NCBI GenBank assembly: GCA_963761305.1
Contig: CAVXGK010000002.1
Location: 384,001 to 448,000 of the forward strand
Length of the DNA stretch: 64,000 nt
Origin: an uncultured Gemmatimonadaceae bacterium
Lineage (GTDB): Bacteria > Gemmatimonadota > Gemmatimonadetes > Gemmatimonadales > Gemmatimonadaceae
Direction: 5' to 3'
Numbering within the stretch: position 1 is the first letter of the stretch; every line of letters begins with the position of its first letter. Under the pieces are notes generated by a model. That model worked only from the letters and a program-made list of their open reading frames with translations. It was not told the origin of the DNA and made no database searches. Shown here piece after piece: positions 1 through 10,144 of the stretch. The position numbers and the translations under genes were made by a program.

Positions 1-683
1 CCGGCTGGCACGCCACGATCTTCCCGCCGTACTTCGTCGCCGGCGCCATCTTCTCGGGCATCGGCATGGTGTTCACCATCGCCATCCCGCTGCGCAAGGC
101 GTTCAAGCTCGAGCATTACATCACGCTCAACGACCTCGACGCCGCCGCGAAGCTCTGTCTGTTCACGTCGTCGGTGGTCGGACTCGCCTATCTGACTGAG
201 TTCCAAGTCGCGTGGATGAGCGGCAACCGGTTCGAGCAGGACTACTTCTGGAACCGCGTGTTCGGGCAGTGGGCTTGGGCCGCGTGGATCATGCTCATCT
301 GCAACATGGTCCTTCCGATGTCGCTCTGGTCGCAGAAGCTGCGACGCAATCCGGGCTGGCTTTTCATCCTGTCGCTGTTCATCAACCTCGGCATGTGGTT
401 CGAGCGGTTCGTGATCGTCGTGCCGTCGCTCTCGCACGAGTTCGAGCCGTGGCAGTGGGGCACGTACCGGCCGACCTTCGTCGACATCGGCATCCTGATC
501 GGCAGCTTCGGGTGGTTCTTCATGTGGTTCCTGCTGTTCATCAAGCAGTTGCCGGTGATGGCGATGTCCGAAATCAAGGAAGTCATCCCGCCGCGCATTC
601 GAAAAGCGTTCCTCCACGGCGATCCTGACCGCGACCTGGCGATGCCCTTCGTCCACCCCGACGAGACGGGAGCGGAGCACTGA
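1..683 (+). CDS. actC: Alternative complex III subunit ActC (NrfD/polysulfide reductase family), 5'-partial
   Basis: Frame is open from the window start (GWHATIFPPYFVAGAIFSG); multi-TM with GMWFERFVIVV motif; first of an actC-D-E-F order. Confidence 0.9.
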   Translation, partial: GWHATIFPPYFVAGAIFSGIGMVFTIAIPLRKAFKLEHYITLNDLDAAAKLCLFTSSVVGLAYLTEFQVAWMSGNRFEQDYFWNRVFGQWAWAAWIMLICNMVLPMSLWSQKLRRNPGWLFILSLFINLGMWFERFVIVVPSLSHEFEPWQWGTYRPTFVDIGILIGSFGWFFMWFLLFIKQLPVMAMSEIKEVIPPRIRKAFLHGDPDRDLAMPFVHPDETGAEH

Positions 684-1183
684 TGCAAGGCGTTCTCGGA
701 GCATTCCACGAGATCGACTCGGCCGTTCACGCGATCGAGGATCTGAAGGACCAGCGGTTCGGCGACATCACCGTGTTCACGCCCACGCCGCGCCACGAGT
801 TCGAGCACGTCATGAAGCATCCGCCCAGCAAGGTGCGGATCGTGACGCTGTTGTTCGGGCTCGCCGGTGTGACGTTCGGCTACTGGATCGCGGTGTGGAT
901 CTCGGACTACTGGCCGCTCGTGGTGGGCGGCAAGGCGATCGCCACCTGGGTGCCGTTCACGATCGAAGGGTTCGAGCTGATGGTCCTCATCGGTGGACTC
1001 GCCACGGTGTTCGCGATGTTCGCCATGTCGCACGTGCCGCGACTCACCCAGACGGTCGGATACGACGCGCGGTTCAGCGGCGGCTATTTCGGCGTGTGGG
1101 TCGTGACCGATCCGGACCGCGCCGACGACGCGATGAAGATTCTCCAGAAGTACGGAGCCGAGGAGGTGCGACGTGAGCGGTAG
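683..1183 (+). CDS. actD: Alternative complex III subunit ActD (DUF3341-like)
   Basis: Two TM helices, YWPLVVGGK and FELMVL motifs, coupled to actC. Confidence 0.85.
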   Translation: MQGVLGAFHEIDSAVHAIEDLKDQRFGDITVFTPTPRHEFEHVMKHPPSKVRIVTLLFGLAGVTFGYWIAVWISDYWPLVVGGKAIATWVPFTIEGFELMVLIGGLATVFAMFAMSHVPRLTQTVGYDARFSGGYFGVWVVTDPDRADDAMKILQKYGAEEVRRER

Positions 1184-1904
1184 CGCGCGCCTCGCCCGGT
1201 TCGCGCGAACGTCGGCGCTGTGCGCCGCGGCCGCGCTCACCGGCTGCTCGTGGTTCACCGACTTCCGCCAGCAGCCGAAGATCGATCCGTGGGAATCACC
1301 TTCGGACACCATCCCGTTCCGCGGCAACCCGCAGAACTCTGTGTCCATCTACGGTTCGGCGGCGCCCGGCTTCGAGTTCGACCGGCAGCCGCTGCCGGCG
1401 AACATCCTCGCCATGGCGGGAATTCCAAACCCGACGCCGGCGGATTCAGCGTCTGTGCACCGCGGGCGAATTCAGTTCCAGATCAACTGCATGCCGTGTC
1501 ACGGGCGGCTCGGCATGGGCGACGGGCCTGTTGTCAAATACGGCATGCCGCCGATTCCGATCGGTGCGGGAACCAACGCCGCCGACAAGTACACCGACGG
1601 CTACATCTTTGGCATGATTCGAAACGGGCGCGGGATGATGCCGCCCTACAACCGCATCGAAGAGATGGATCGCTGGGACATCGTCAACTATCTGCGCTCG
1701 ATTCAGGGGAAGTTGCCGGGGATCCCGCCCGACACCTCGCATGGTCGCCCGGGTGAAACCGGTCCGCTCGTGCCCGGCGCGTCGCGCATGGGCCCGACGC
1801 GTCCCGCTCCGTTCTGGAAACCGTCGATGACACAGCGTGCGGACACGGCTCGTCCGGCGACCGCGCCGGCCGACTCGACGAAGAAGCCGGGGGCTGCGCG
1901 ATGA
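1173..1904 (+). CDS. actE: Monoheme cytochrome c lipoprotein, ActE
   Basis: Lipobox LTGC, CMPCH heme motif, distal GMMP, RWDIVNYLRS. Confidence 0.88.
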   Translation: MSGSARLARFARTSALCAAAALTGCSWFTDFRQQPKIDPWESPSDTIPFRGNPQNSVSIYGSAAPGFEFDRQPLPANILAMAGIPNPTPADSASVHRGRIQFQINCMPCHGRLGMGDGPVVKYGMPPIPIGAGTNAADKYTDGYIFGMIRNGRGMMPPYNRIEEMDRWDIVNYLRSIQGKLPGIPPDTSHGRPGETGPLVPGASRMGPTRPAPFWKPSMTQRADTARPATAPADSTKKPGAAR

Positions 1905-3232
1905 GCGCCATTCATCCGCCCCGCGAATGGTCGTCGTCGGAAGCGCTCGCCGCCACGAATCGCGAGCTGCCGTCGTGGATTCGCACGGCGGTGCGCGCGA
2001 TGTTCGGCATCGGGCTCATCGTGTTCATCGTCGGCGTGATCGTTCAGCCGGAGCGCGCGTGGCGCGCGTTCCACGCCAACTGGCTGTTCTTCGCCGGACT
2101 GACGAGCGGCGGTATGACGATCGTCGCCGTGCAGCGAATCACCACGGCGCGCTGGTCGCGCCACGTGATCCGTTTCATGGAAGCTTACGTCGGCTTCCTG
2201 CCCGTGGCGTTCGTGTTCCTGCTGGCGACGTTCATCGGCGGACGGAACTACGTCTTCCCGTGGACGCACGAGGCGCCTCCGGGTCCCGAGAAGGCCCTCT
2301 ACTTCAATCCGGTGTTCCTCATCTCGCGCGATCTGCTGATCTACGCGCTGATGACGATCCTTGGTATCTGGTACGTCTACACGTCGCTGCGGCTCGACGT
2401 CGGCCGCGTGCCGGAGTGGGGCGCCAAGTGGGCGGCGAACATTCGCGCGCGCATGCGCCACGGCTTCGGCAACGAGCGCCGCGAGCTCCATTCGACGCAT
2501 TCGCTTCAAGGCAAGCTCGCCGTGTTCGCGGTGCTGCTGTTCGCGATGGGCTGGTCGGTGCTGTCGTGGGACCTCTCGATGGGCCTCTCGCTTCACTTCC
2601 AGAGCACGCTCTACAGCTGGTGGTTCTTCATGGGTGCGTGGCTCTGCGCGCTCACCGTGTTCGCGCTGCTGGTGATGGCGTGGGACGCGCGGCTCGGCAC
2701 GGCGGACGGACTCATTCAGGAAGTCCACTATCACGACATCGGCAAGCTCTGCTTCGCCTTCACCGCGTTCTGGGGCTACCTGACGTTCGGCCAGTACCTC
2801 GTGATCTGGTACGGCAACATGGGCGACGAGACGTTCTTCCCGCGCCTCCGACTGATCGCGCCGTGGAAATTCGTCACCGTGACGTCGGTGATCCTCGTCT
2901 TCTTCGCGCCGTTCTTCGGCCTGCTCTCGCGCGCCGCGAAGGTTTTCAAGCCGACGCTCGCGCTCTTCGCGCTGTGCAGTCTCGTCGGCATGTGGCTGAT
3001 GCGGTACATCGAGGTGTATCCGTCGGGCTACGGCGTCGTGTCGGAACTGCCGTTCGGCATCTGGGAGATCGGCGTGCTCCTGCTGTACCTCGGCGCCTGG
3101 GGCTGGTGTTACACGATGTTCGTCGAGGCTTTCCCGCGCATTCGCGTGACGCTGTCGACGTCACCCTATCGCGACGAAGTGCAGGTGCCGGTCGATCCCG
3201 AGACGATGGAGCCGCTGCCGGCGCACGAGTAG
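1901..3232 (+). CDS. actF: Alternative complex III subunit ActF
   Basis: Multi-TM; HDIGKLCFAFTAFWGYLTFGQYLVIWYGN motif. Confidence 0.88.
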   Translation: MSAIHPPREWSSSEALAATNRELPSWIRTAVRAMFGIGLIVFIVGVIVQPERAWRAFHANWLFFAGLTSGGMTIVAVQRITTARWSRHVIRFMEAYVGFLPVAFVFLLATFIGGRNYVFPWTHEAPPGPEKALYFNPVFLISRDLLIYALMTILGIWYVYTSLRLDVGRVPEWGAKWAANIRARMRHGFGNERRELHSTHSLQGKLAVFAVLLFAMGWSVLSWDLSMGLSLHFQSTLYSWWFFMGAWLCALTVFALLVMAWDARLGTADGLIQEVHYHDIGKLCFAFTAFWGYLTFGQYLVIWYGNMGDETFFPRLRLIAPWKFVTVTSVILVFFAPFFGLLSRAAKVFKPTLALFALCSLVGMWLMRYIEVYPSGYGVVSELPFGIWEIGVLLLYLGAWGWCYTMFVEAFPRIRVTLSTSPYRDEVQVPVDPETMEPLPAHE

Positions 3233-3254
3233 CGGCGCCGGTTCTCGCGACCGA

Positions 3255-3713
3255 TCACGGGATGCCGAGGAGCTCTTCCAGGCCGCGCTTCTGCATGGCG
3301 CCGGTGTAGCGCGCGACTTCCTTGCCGCCGCGAAACACGATCGACGTCGGGATGCTGCGGATGGTGAAGTGCGCCGCGGTCTGTTGGGCGCGATCGGTGT
3401 CGAGCTTGGCGACGAGCACGGAGCCTTGTTGCTCGCGCGCGATCTCGTCCACGAACGGCGCCATGGTTTTGCACGGGCCGCACCAGTCCGCGTAGAAATC
3501 GACGAGCACCGGCACGTCGCTCTCGGCGATCGTGCGCGCGAACGTCTCGTCGTTGAGCGCGAGCGGCCGGTCGAGGAGGATCGGCTTGGCGCACTTGCCG
3601 CACTTGGGCCGATCGGGCGTGCGGGCGGCGTCGATGCGATTCCACGTGTCACAGAATTGGCAGCGCACGGTGAAGTGCGCGGTGGAGGTCGCGGGCGCTT
3701 GGGTATCAGTCAC
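3255..3713 (-). CDS. trxC: Thioredoxin 2 with N-terminal zinc-binding domain
   Basis: CQFC and CGKC pairs plus WCGPC active site; GTG start at 3713 with GAGGGA RBS. Confidence 0.9.
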   Translation of the reverse strand: MTDTQAPATSTAHFTVRCQFCDTWNRIDAARTPDRPKCGKCAKPILLDRPLALNDETFARTIAESDVPVLVDFYADWCGPCKTMAPFVDEIAREQQGSVLVAKLDTDRAQQTAAHFTIRSIPTSIVFRGGKEVARYTGAMQKRGLEELLGIP

Positions 3714-3777
3714 TGGAACGTTCCCTCGGTCGTCTGAATTGCTGCTAGATTCCAAATCTACGAACGGCAGGCAAGGC

Positions 3778-3850
3778 GGGGCGTTAGCTCAGCTGGGAGA
3801 GCGCCTGGTTTGCAACCAGGAGGTCACCGGTTCGATCCCGGTACGCTCCA
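3778..3850 (+). tRNA. tRNA-Ala(TGC)
   Basis: Cloverleaf GGGGCGT/ACGCTCC with G3:U70, anticodon arm CCTGG-TTTGCAA-CCAGG, TTCGATC T-loop; CCA not encoded. Confidence 0.97.
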
Positions 3851-4025
3851 TGAGCGGGACAACGAGTTAGCGCGTTTTGGCCCTCTTGGGCTTCGGCTGA
3901 GGTAACGCAGGGGTTCACCCCGCGGCCGGATTTCGGGATGACGGTCGCCCATTGGGGGCAACGACTACCGGCCATGACGCTCGGACTACCATGGCCTTCG
4001 CGAATACGCTCGCGACCTCCACGCG

Positions 4026-4388
4026 CTAGAAGCGGTTACCAAACCAAGCGATCAGGACGGCTAGGCCGAGCAGCTCCGTCCGGCCAGGGGAGATTTTCCA
4101 GGCGTCCACTTTGACTATGCGAGACACGGCGATGGAGACCGCCAGATTGTCCGGCGTCACCCCGTGAAGGGAATCGTCGACGATTCTCGGCCGCATCACC
4201 TGCCAGACCCCGCCGTCGCTCGTGGTGACGCGAACGGTCGATGGGTGTTCGGGCTCGACGACTTGTGTGACCGGACCCTCCTGCGTCGCCCACGATGAAC
4301 ATGCCTGCATGGTGAATGTCGCGAGCAAGAGCACCGCGCCCGCGCGGCGAACCCCGAACCAGGGGTTGAAAGTTGCGTCGCGCATCAT
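4026..4388 (-). CDS. Hypothetical lipoprotein with C-terminal TM segment
   Basis: GGAGAG RBS, hydrophobic signal ending MQAC, hydrophobic C-terminus. Confidence 0.6.
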   Translation of the reverse strand: MMRDATFNPWFGVRRAGAVLLLATFTMQACSSWATQEGPVTQVVEPEHPSTVRVTTSDGGVWQVMRPRIVDDSLHGVTPDNLAVSIAVSRIVKVDAWKISPGRTELLGLAVLIAWFGNRF

Positions 4389-4740
4389 AAGACTCTCCCA
4401 GGAGACAGGCCGGCTTCGAGTACTCGGTGACGGCGTCACCGGTATTGGCCAAAATCCTGAATCGCGCGATGCGCGACCATACGTCAGCCGACGTATGAGT
4501 GGGCTTGGTCGGACCTTCCGCCACTCGCTAACTCCCGCCCGTCATCCGCTCCGCGGCGCTCGCGCCAAACGGCTTAGAGAACTTGAGCTACTGCTCGAGA
4601 GTCCTCTCTCGAGTCTCGCGATGTGGCGTGGGTCCGAGGTTGTGAATCAGCACAGGACCGTCTCGGCCGACCGGCATGAACGCTCTCGCCTCGGCTGACC
4701 AGTGGCCAATCGGCACGGCAGATGCTTTGGGGATCGGGCG

Positions 4741-5502
4741 TCAGCCGCACGCACGCCCCCCGAGCCGCTTCCGGTACTCCGACGGAGTCACGCCGTGGGC
4801 CGCCGCGAAGGCGCGTGTGAAGTGTGAGTGGCTGTTGAAGCCGCACGCGAGCGCGATCTCGGACAATCCTCGCGTCGTGCCCAGCAGCTCGTCAGCGCGG
4901 CGCAGGCGCTCGGCTCGGCGGTACTCGCCGATCGACGCTCCAAAGTATCGATGGAACTCTCTTGCGAGGTGGACGGGATGTCGCCCGGCGCGCGCAGCAA
5001 TCGCCTCGAGAGTAAGTGACTGAGCCGAGGAATGGGCCACTTGATCGCGCGCCGCGACGAGCCATGACGGCGGCGCGCCAACCCGGCGCCTCCGTCGGCC
5101 GAACAGGGCAACCAGCTCCAACGCCAGACCCTCCGCCGCAAACCGCCCGAAGCCGTCGTCGCGCTCCACTTCGTTCCAGAGGCGCGCACCCAACTGCGCG
5201 ATCCGCAACGCGTACGCGTGCCGGGGCCGCTCGGCGGAGATGCCGCACTCGTGGAGCGAGTCGAGCGTGTCGGCGTCGGGCGTGAAGATCACCTGGCGCA
5301 CGCCGCCCGCGCCGAATCGCTGGGAGTGCATCTCCTGCGCGGGATAGAGCAGCATGTGGCCCGGGCCGTGCTCGACCTCGCGCCCCGCGATGCGCTCGAC
5401 GTACCGACCGCGGATTATCACCGAGAACGACATCTCCGCGTGGGAGTGCGGCGCCATAACGCTGCCCGAGGCATACTCCGCCACCCTGAGTCGTACCATC
5501 AT
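4741..5502 (-). CDS. AraC-family transcriptional regulator
   Basis: Cupin (HSH...HSQ) plus HTH motifs HPVHLAREF and IALACGFNSHSHFTRAF...GVTPSEY. Confidence 0.93.
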   Translation of the reverse strand: MMVRLRVAEYASGSVMAPHSHAEMSFSVIIRGRYVERIAGREVEHGPGHMLLYPAQEMHSQRFGAGGVRQVIFTPDADTLDSLHECGISAERPRHAYALRIAQLGARLWNEVERDDGFGRFAAEGLALELVALFGRRRRRVGAPPSWLVAARDQVAHSSAQSLTLEAIAARAGRHPVHLAREFHRYFGASIGEYRRAERLRRADELLGTTRGLSEIALACGFNSHSHFTRAFAAAHGVTPSEYRKRLGGRACG

Positions 5503-5579
5503 CGCCGTCCGCTTGGCGGGTGAAAGTGCGCTTCGCCGGTGAAAGCCGGCTACATCACGGACTGTTAGACTCCCGAACC

Positions 5580-7145
5580 ATGAAAACCGTAAGGGATCGA
5601 CCGCTCGTTCGCGTCGTGGAGATCCCGAAGTCCGTGCGGCGGATAGCGCGGTCCTTCGCGACGATCATGCTGGCTTGCGCTGCGCTCCCTCGCGGCGCGC
5701 GCGCGCAGGCGTTCGACCGTGAAGCCTGGCTTGCCGACTACACGATGCTCAAGCAGACCCTCGAGCGCCGCTACGCCAACCTCGCGTGGTTCGCCTCGCC
5801 GGAAGGGGGCGTCGACCTGCCAACCCTCGACCGTAGCACACTCGCGAAGCTCGGAGCCGCGACGACCGACGACGACGCTCGCGCCACGATCATCGCCTTC
5901 GTCCGCGCGTTTCATGACGGCCACTTCTCGCAAATCGGCGCGGACAACGCCAACGCGGCCGCCGAGGGAGGTAGACCGCCCCAGCGCGTCGCGGCGCCGG
6001 CGGCTCCGACCTTCTCGCGCGAGGACCCGGCGACAGGGTGCGCCGCGCTCGGCTTCGTCGCGTCGGACCCGCCGCAGTTCTCATTGCCCTTCGAGAACCT
6101 CGCGGGGTTCAAGTTGTACACGGATGGTATCAGCACGCCGTTCCGCGCCGGGGTGTTACAAGCGGGTGAGGGACACGCGCGAATCGGCATCGTCCGCATT
6201 CCGGCCTTTGAGGAGGAGGCGACCTTCGCCGCTTGCCTCGCCGCGTGGCCCCGCCCCGAGTTGTGGCGAACGGACCGCAACGGCACACTCGATCGCCCGC
6301 GGCTTCACGAGGCCGTCATTTCGAGCTGGTACGTCGCGATGGCCGGCATTCTCGAGCGATTCAATGCGGACAGCGTCGCCGCGGTCGCGGTCGACGTCGG
6401 CAACAACTCGGGGGGCGACGACTCGGGCGACATCATCGCGCGCCTCTTCACCACGAAACCGATTCGCTCGTCGACCATGCTCATCAGTCAGGACTCGGCG
6501 GCGGCATCGGCGTATTTCAAGGAAGAGATCGATGCCCTGACCGATGCGCAGCGGCGCGACCCGTCGTCAGCACTGGTGAAAGAGACAATGCGCGGGTTCG
6601 TCGCCTGGCGCGACAGCCTCGACGCGTCACGCTGTCCGCTGCAATGGGTGTGGACCGAGCGGCGAAGTTGGACGGGGAACGGTTGCAAGCGGCTCGTCCC
6701 CGTCGGCACGTCTGGTGGGCCGCTGGCATCTCTATCGCCTGGCACCGTGATCGACACCGTCGTTGCCCGTGAGTTGCACTGGCCCTCTCAGGTCGCACCG
6801 CTGTGGGGACGCTGGAGCGGGCCGCTCTACGTCGTGACCGACGGACGAACATACTCCTCCGCCGAGATGTTCACGGCGATCTTGCGGAACAACGAGGCGG
6901 CGAGAACGATCGGATCGCGAACAGGAGGCGACGGGTGCGGGTTCGTCGACAGCAATGGGCAGGTGGTGCTGACGAATTCGCGTTTGCGCTTCCGAGTACC
7001 GAACTGTGTGCGCTTGCGCGCGGACGGGACGGATGAGGTGGCAGGGGTAAGGCCGGACGTTCCGGTGTTTCCTGTGGCGGGAGAGAATGCGAGGGCGAGG
7101 GGGCTGCGGATGATGCAGGCGCTGACGGCGGACTTGCGGCCGTAG
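5580..7145 (+). CDS. Secreted S41-family peptidase (start uncertain)
   Basis: Signal-like ARA-QA; FHDGH, DVGNNSGG, TYSSAEMF, IGSRTGG, GVRPDV motifs. Confidence 0.8.
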   Translation: MKTVRDRPLVRVVEIPKSVRRIARSFATIMLACAALPRGARAQAFDREAWLADYTMLKQTLERRYANLAWFASPEGGVDLPTLDRSTLAKLGAATTDDDARATIIAFVRAFHDGHFSQIGADNANAAAEGGRPPQRVAAPAAPTFSREDPATGCAALGFVASDPPQFSLPFENLAGFKLYTDGISTPFRAGVLQAGEGHARIGIVRIPAFEEEATFAACLAAWPRPELWRTDRNGTLDRPRLHEAVISSWYVAMAGILERFNADSVAAVAVDVGNNSGGDDSGDIIARLFTTKPIRSSTMLISQDSAAASAYFKEEIDALTDAQRRDPSSALVKETMRGFVAWRDSLDASRCPLQWVWTERRSWTGNGCKRLVPVGTSGGPLASLSPGTVIDTVVARELHWPSQVAPLWGRWSGPLYVVTDGRTYSSAEMFTAILRNNEAARTIGSRTGGDGCGFVDSNGQVVLTNSRLRFRVPNCVRLRADGTDEVAGVRPDVPVFPVAGENARARGLRMMQALTADLRP

Positions 7146-7246
7146 GGTGATCCTGTTCCGGCACCCAAAATGGCACCCGTACTCATCCCGTTCCCTCCGT
7201 TAAGCCACCTCTCGTCCAGTCCCGTCTCCTCTTCTGTCCATAAAGG

Positions 7247-7765
7247 CTAGTACTCAACAGAGCTCAGAGGCGTCAAGACCAAGAAGACAAACATGAGCCC
7301 GGCCGGAATCAACATAAACACCAACCCGGCAATGAAAGGACCTGGGCCACGCTCTACAAACACTCCACCAACGTTCAGTACCTGGAGGATGATGGCGAGT
7401 GTTAGACAAACGAAATAGACGACCCTGACCCACTCGACAAGCGCTCCCCGGCGGCTGAGACTTGGCCTTCGAAGCAGGATGATCGTGCGAACAAAGTAAA
7501 ACGAGCAAAATGCAAATAGGGATGAACTCGCGATCATCCAGAGGACCTGATCTGGAATCCGAAGTAGCTCTTCCGTCAAGGGCAGAAAAGACAGCAGGCA
7601 TGCTCCGAGAGACAAAACGAGCATGTTGGTCGTACGGAACCGTTCTGCCGGTAACCACTTGCCGTCGGCGCGGCCGCTAAATGCGGCGACCACGCCGCTG
7701 AACCCCGAGATAGCAGTTGCTACGCTCCCGATTCCAAGAAGCGTCATGACGGCGTGTTCGTTCAT
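7247..7765 (-). CDS. Hypothetical membrane protein, AT-richer than neighbours
   Basis: GGAGAGG RBS; about 5 hydrophobic segments; AISGFSGVVAAF. Confidence 0.7.
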   Translation of the reverse strand: MNEHAVMTLLGIGSVATAISGFSGVVAAFSGRADGKWLPAERFRTTNMLVLSLGACLLSFLPLTEELLRIPDQVLWMIASSSLFAFCSFYFVRTIILLRRPSLSRRGALVEWVRVVYFVCLTLAIILQVLNVGGVFVERGPGPFIAGLVFMLIPAGLMFVFLVLTPLSSVEY

Positions 7766-8132
7766 CGTGCGCCTCTCCAAGCGGTGACGAGCGCGCCGGC
7801 CACGATCGCTTGGGTGAAACGCCGGTCGTGCATCGACCGGCGAACGACTCGGGGACGTCGGGTTCGCACAGGAAGCTCCGCGTTGCGGGGGCGTCGAAAT
7901 GGGTCGAGCCGACGGCGAATATGGGAGTGCCCCGATGATCGCGCCACGCAGTTCGCGCGCCAACGCCTACGGTCGCAGCGTCGTCGATGACGGTCAGCGC
8001 GCACAATCGGTCCGCTCTGACCTGCAACGCGGCCACGCTGAACGGCAAGTATGCCTTCTACCGCACCGGGGCGGTGGCCCGCGGGTGTGTCATCGCCTTG
8101 CTCACGCGATCAAACGCAGCCAAACTCGCTGG

Positions 8133-8504
8133 ATGAGAAGACGCCTGACCATCGAATGGCTTGCCAAGCCTGAGCCGCACGATTACGCGGCGGCCGCGTC
8201 GTATTTGACTTTGATCATGGACGACCGGTCGGCGACCCAAGCGCTCGCGAAGCTCAAGCGCGCCAGGATGACGAAGTTCAAGGCGAAGGACATCTTCCGG
8301 GCGTCGTCACTGCAGTTGCTGCCGCTGAACAATTCCCACGTCAAGAAGGACGAGAGGAGAATTCTCGCGCGCGAGCACCTGTCGCCCATCCTCCTCGTCC
8401 GCGACACGAGCACCGGGAAAGTCGTCATCGCCGACGGGTACCATCGGATGTGCGCGGTCTACGCATTCGACGAGGACGCCAGCATTCCGTGTAAGATCGT
8501 GTGA
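8133..8504 (+). CDS. Small protein with ParB/Srx-like motif
   Basis: LSPILLVR...VVIADGYHR resembles the ParB N-terminal GxxR box. Confidence 0.65.
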   Translation: MRRRLTIEWLAKPEPHDYAAAASYLTLIMDDRSATQALAKLKRARMTKFKAKDIFRASSLQLLPLNNSHVKKDERRILAREHLSPILLVRDTSTGKVVIADGYHRMCAVYAFDEDASIPCKIV

Positions 8505-8742
8505 CGGGCGAGGCACGATTGTCACCGACCGAGAGACGGGTCGGCGGAAATCGTCGGATCTGCGACATTGCAGCGTTTGCCTTGCGTGGGCATCGTAGAC
8601 ACGAACCTTTCGTGGCTGCCAAGGGCATCAGGCTCGCAATATCAGCTCTTACCCGACCGACTGTCTCAGCGTGGCCTTGATGCCTCACTTGGATTCGGGG
8701 CTCTTGATCCGCGTCCGGCGCTGCCGACGCTTCTAGCCTGAC

Positions 8743-9261
8743 TCACCTCGGCTTGCCCGGATCAACGTGGCCGGCGGCATGGTGATCTGATCGCTGGAAC
8801 GCCATGAACTCGTGAATCGCCTTCAGCGCCTCGGGATCCGTCGTAGTAATGCGCAGTTCAGCGCCGCGCGGCAGGTTGTGTACTTCGTACGCGATCAACG
8901 AACGCTTCGCGGCCATCGTCTTCGTGCCGGGTACCATCTGCATGTGAACAAACGCGGGTGTCGAGAAGTCGCCCCGCTTGAAGGCGCTGGCAATTTCGGC
9001 AATGTGCGCGCGGATTGCCGCCACGCCAGCGCTGTCGTCTCGGTCTCTTTGCAGTTCGATCCGTCCACCGTCCGGATATGAGTCGAACTTGTGCACCGAG
9101 GTGTACTGATCGACACCCATGGCCTGCTTGCCGCGCGCCTGCATCGCGGCGTACGCGCTGTCGTGCGATGCGGGCTTTACCGGTTTCTCCCCGGTCGACT
9201 GAGCGAGCACGCAAACCGGGAAGCCGAGGACGCAACTGATCACGAGACGGAGCCGCCGCAT
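8743..9261 (-). CDS. Secreted hypothetical protein, His/Met-rich
   Basis: AAGGAG RBS, signal peptide (VLA-Q), HEFMAFQRSDHH C-terminus. Confidence 0.7.
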   Translation of the reverse strand: MRRLRLVISCVLGFPVCVLAQSTGEKPVKPASHDSAYAAMQARGKQAMGVDQYTSVHKFDSYPDGGRIELQRDRDDSAGVAAIRAHIAEIASAFKRGDFSTPAFVHMQMVPGTKTMAAKRSLIAYEVHNLPRGAELRITTTDPEALKAIHEFMAFQRSDHHAAGHVDPGKPR

Positions 9262-9374
9262 TGGGGTTCTCCTTGGATGGTCGTTACCGCGTCTCGATAT
9301 TTGAGGCGATCGCTCGCTCACGTCTGGAACCGCGGTTCCATTGGAACACGACACGCAGGACCATCCTGGGTTGC

Positions 9375-9823
9375 ATGGTCAATCCTGACGACTTGGGGCC
9401 GAGCTTTGCTCGATTGCCACCGGACGTGCGCAAGCGAATCGCTGCATCGGCGATTCCGTGCCGGTTTCGTCCGCGACAGGTCGTGTTCCGTGCAGGAGAC
9501 CTCGCCGATGGCCTGTACGTTGTGATCTCGGGGCGCGTCCGCGTGGCTCGCGAGACGGCACACCATGTCGAGATGCTGCATGCAGAGGCTGCCGGCGGGG
9601 TGCTCGGCGAGATTCCCGTCTTCGGTGGGGGACGCTTTCCCGCGACGGCCATCGCGACTGAGCCCACTCTGTGCGCGAAGCTGCCGATCGACGCCGTGGA
9701 GCGCCTCCTCCGCGAGCACTCCGATCGGCGAAAGCAATTCGGCGCATTGGTCGATCGCGATTCGCGGTCGTCGACCGGTCGTTGCTGCGCTCGATTGCGG
9801 GGATTAGTCAGAGCAACACCTGA
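9375..9823 (+). pseudogene. Crp/Fnr-family regulator with internal deletion and frameshift
   Basis: cNMP domain (VFRAGD, GLYVVISGRV, LGEIPVF) breaks at about 9720; a Crp-like C-terminal wing (AIRRIGRSRFAVVDRSLLRSIA) follows in another frame; HTH missing. Confidence 0.7.
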
Positions 9824-10144
9824 CATGCGGCGGAACCTGAACCCTCGTCTACCCGTTTCGCGTGTTCGCGACCTCCGCTGACGAAAGCGTGCGTCTTGAG
9901 CTCCAGCAACTCGGGCGCTTGATCAAATCGTGCTGCCCCGCGCATCCACCTCAGCGACGGCGTGGCCGGCGTGCTTCTCACGGCGCCGTAGCTACTCGAT
10001 TGTTTGTTGGCTGGCTGACCTAACCGTTGACCCCGCCGGCCGTGAGCAGACAGGCTGCGAGCCACGGAGCCGAAGGACCGACCATCCCCGAATCGCCGGA
10101 GCTCGAGGTCAGAATCAACGCCCGCGTGCCGATACTGTCGGCCA

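Noticed and set aside
5519..5545. GGTGAAAG direct repeat as an AraC site
   Set aside because: Position is plausible but it is only two 8-mers 19 bp apart; too weak to call
7721..7728. attR copy of the tRNA-Ala 3' end (TACGCTCC)
   Set aside because: Only 8 bp, inside a CDS; expected by chance. No longer duplicate was seen
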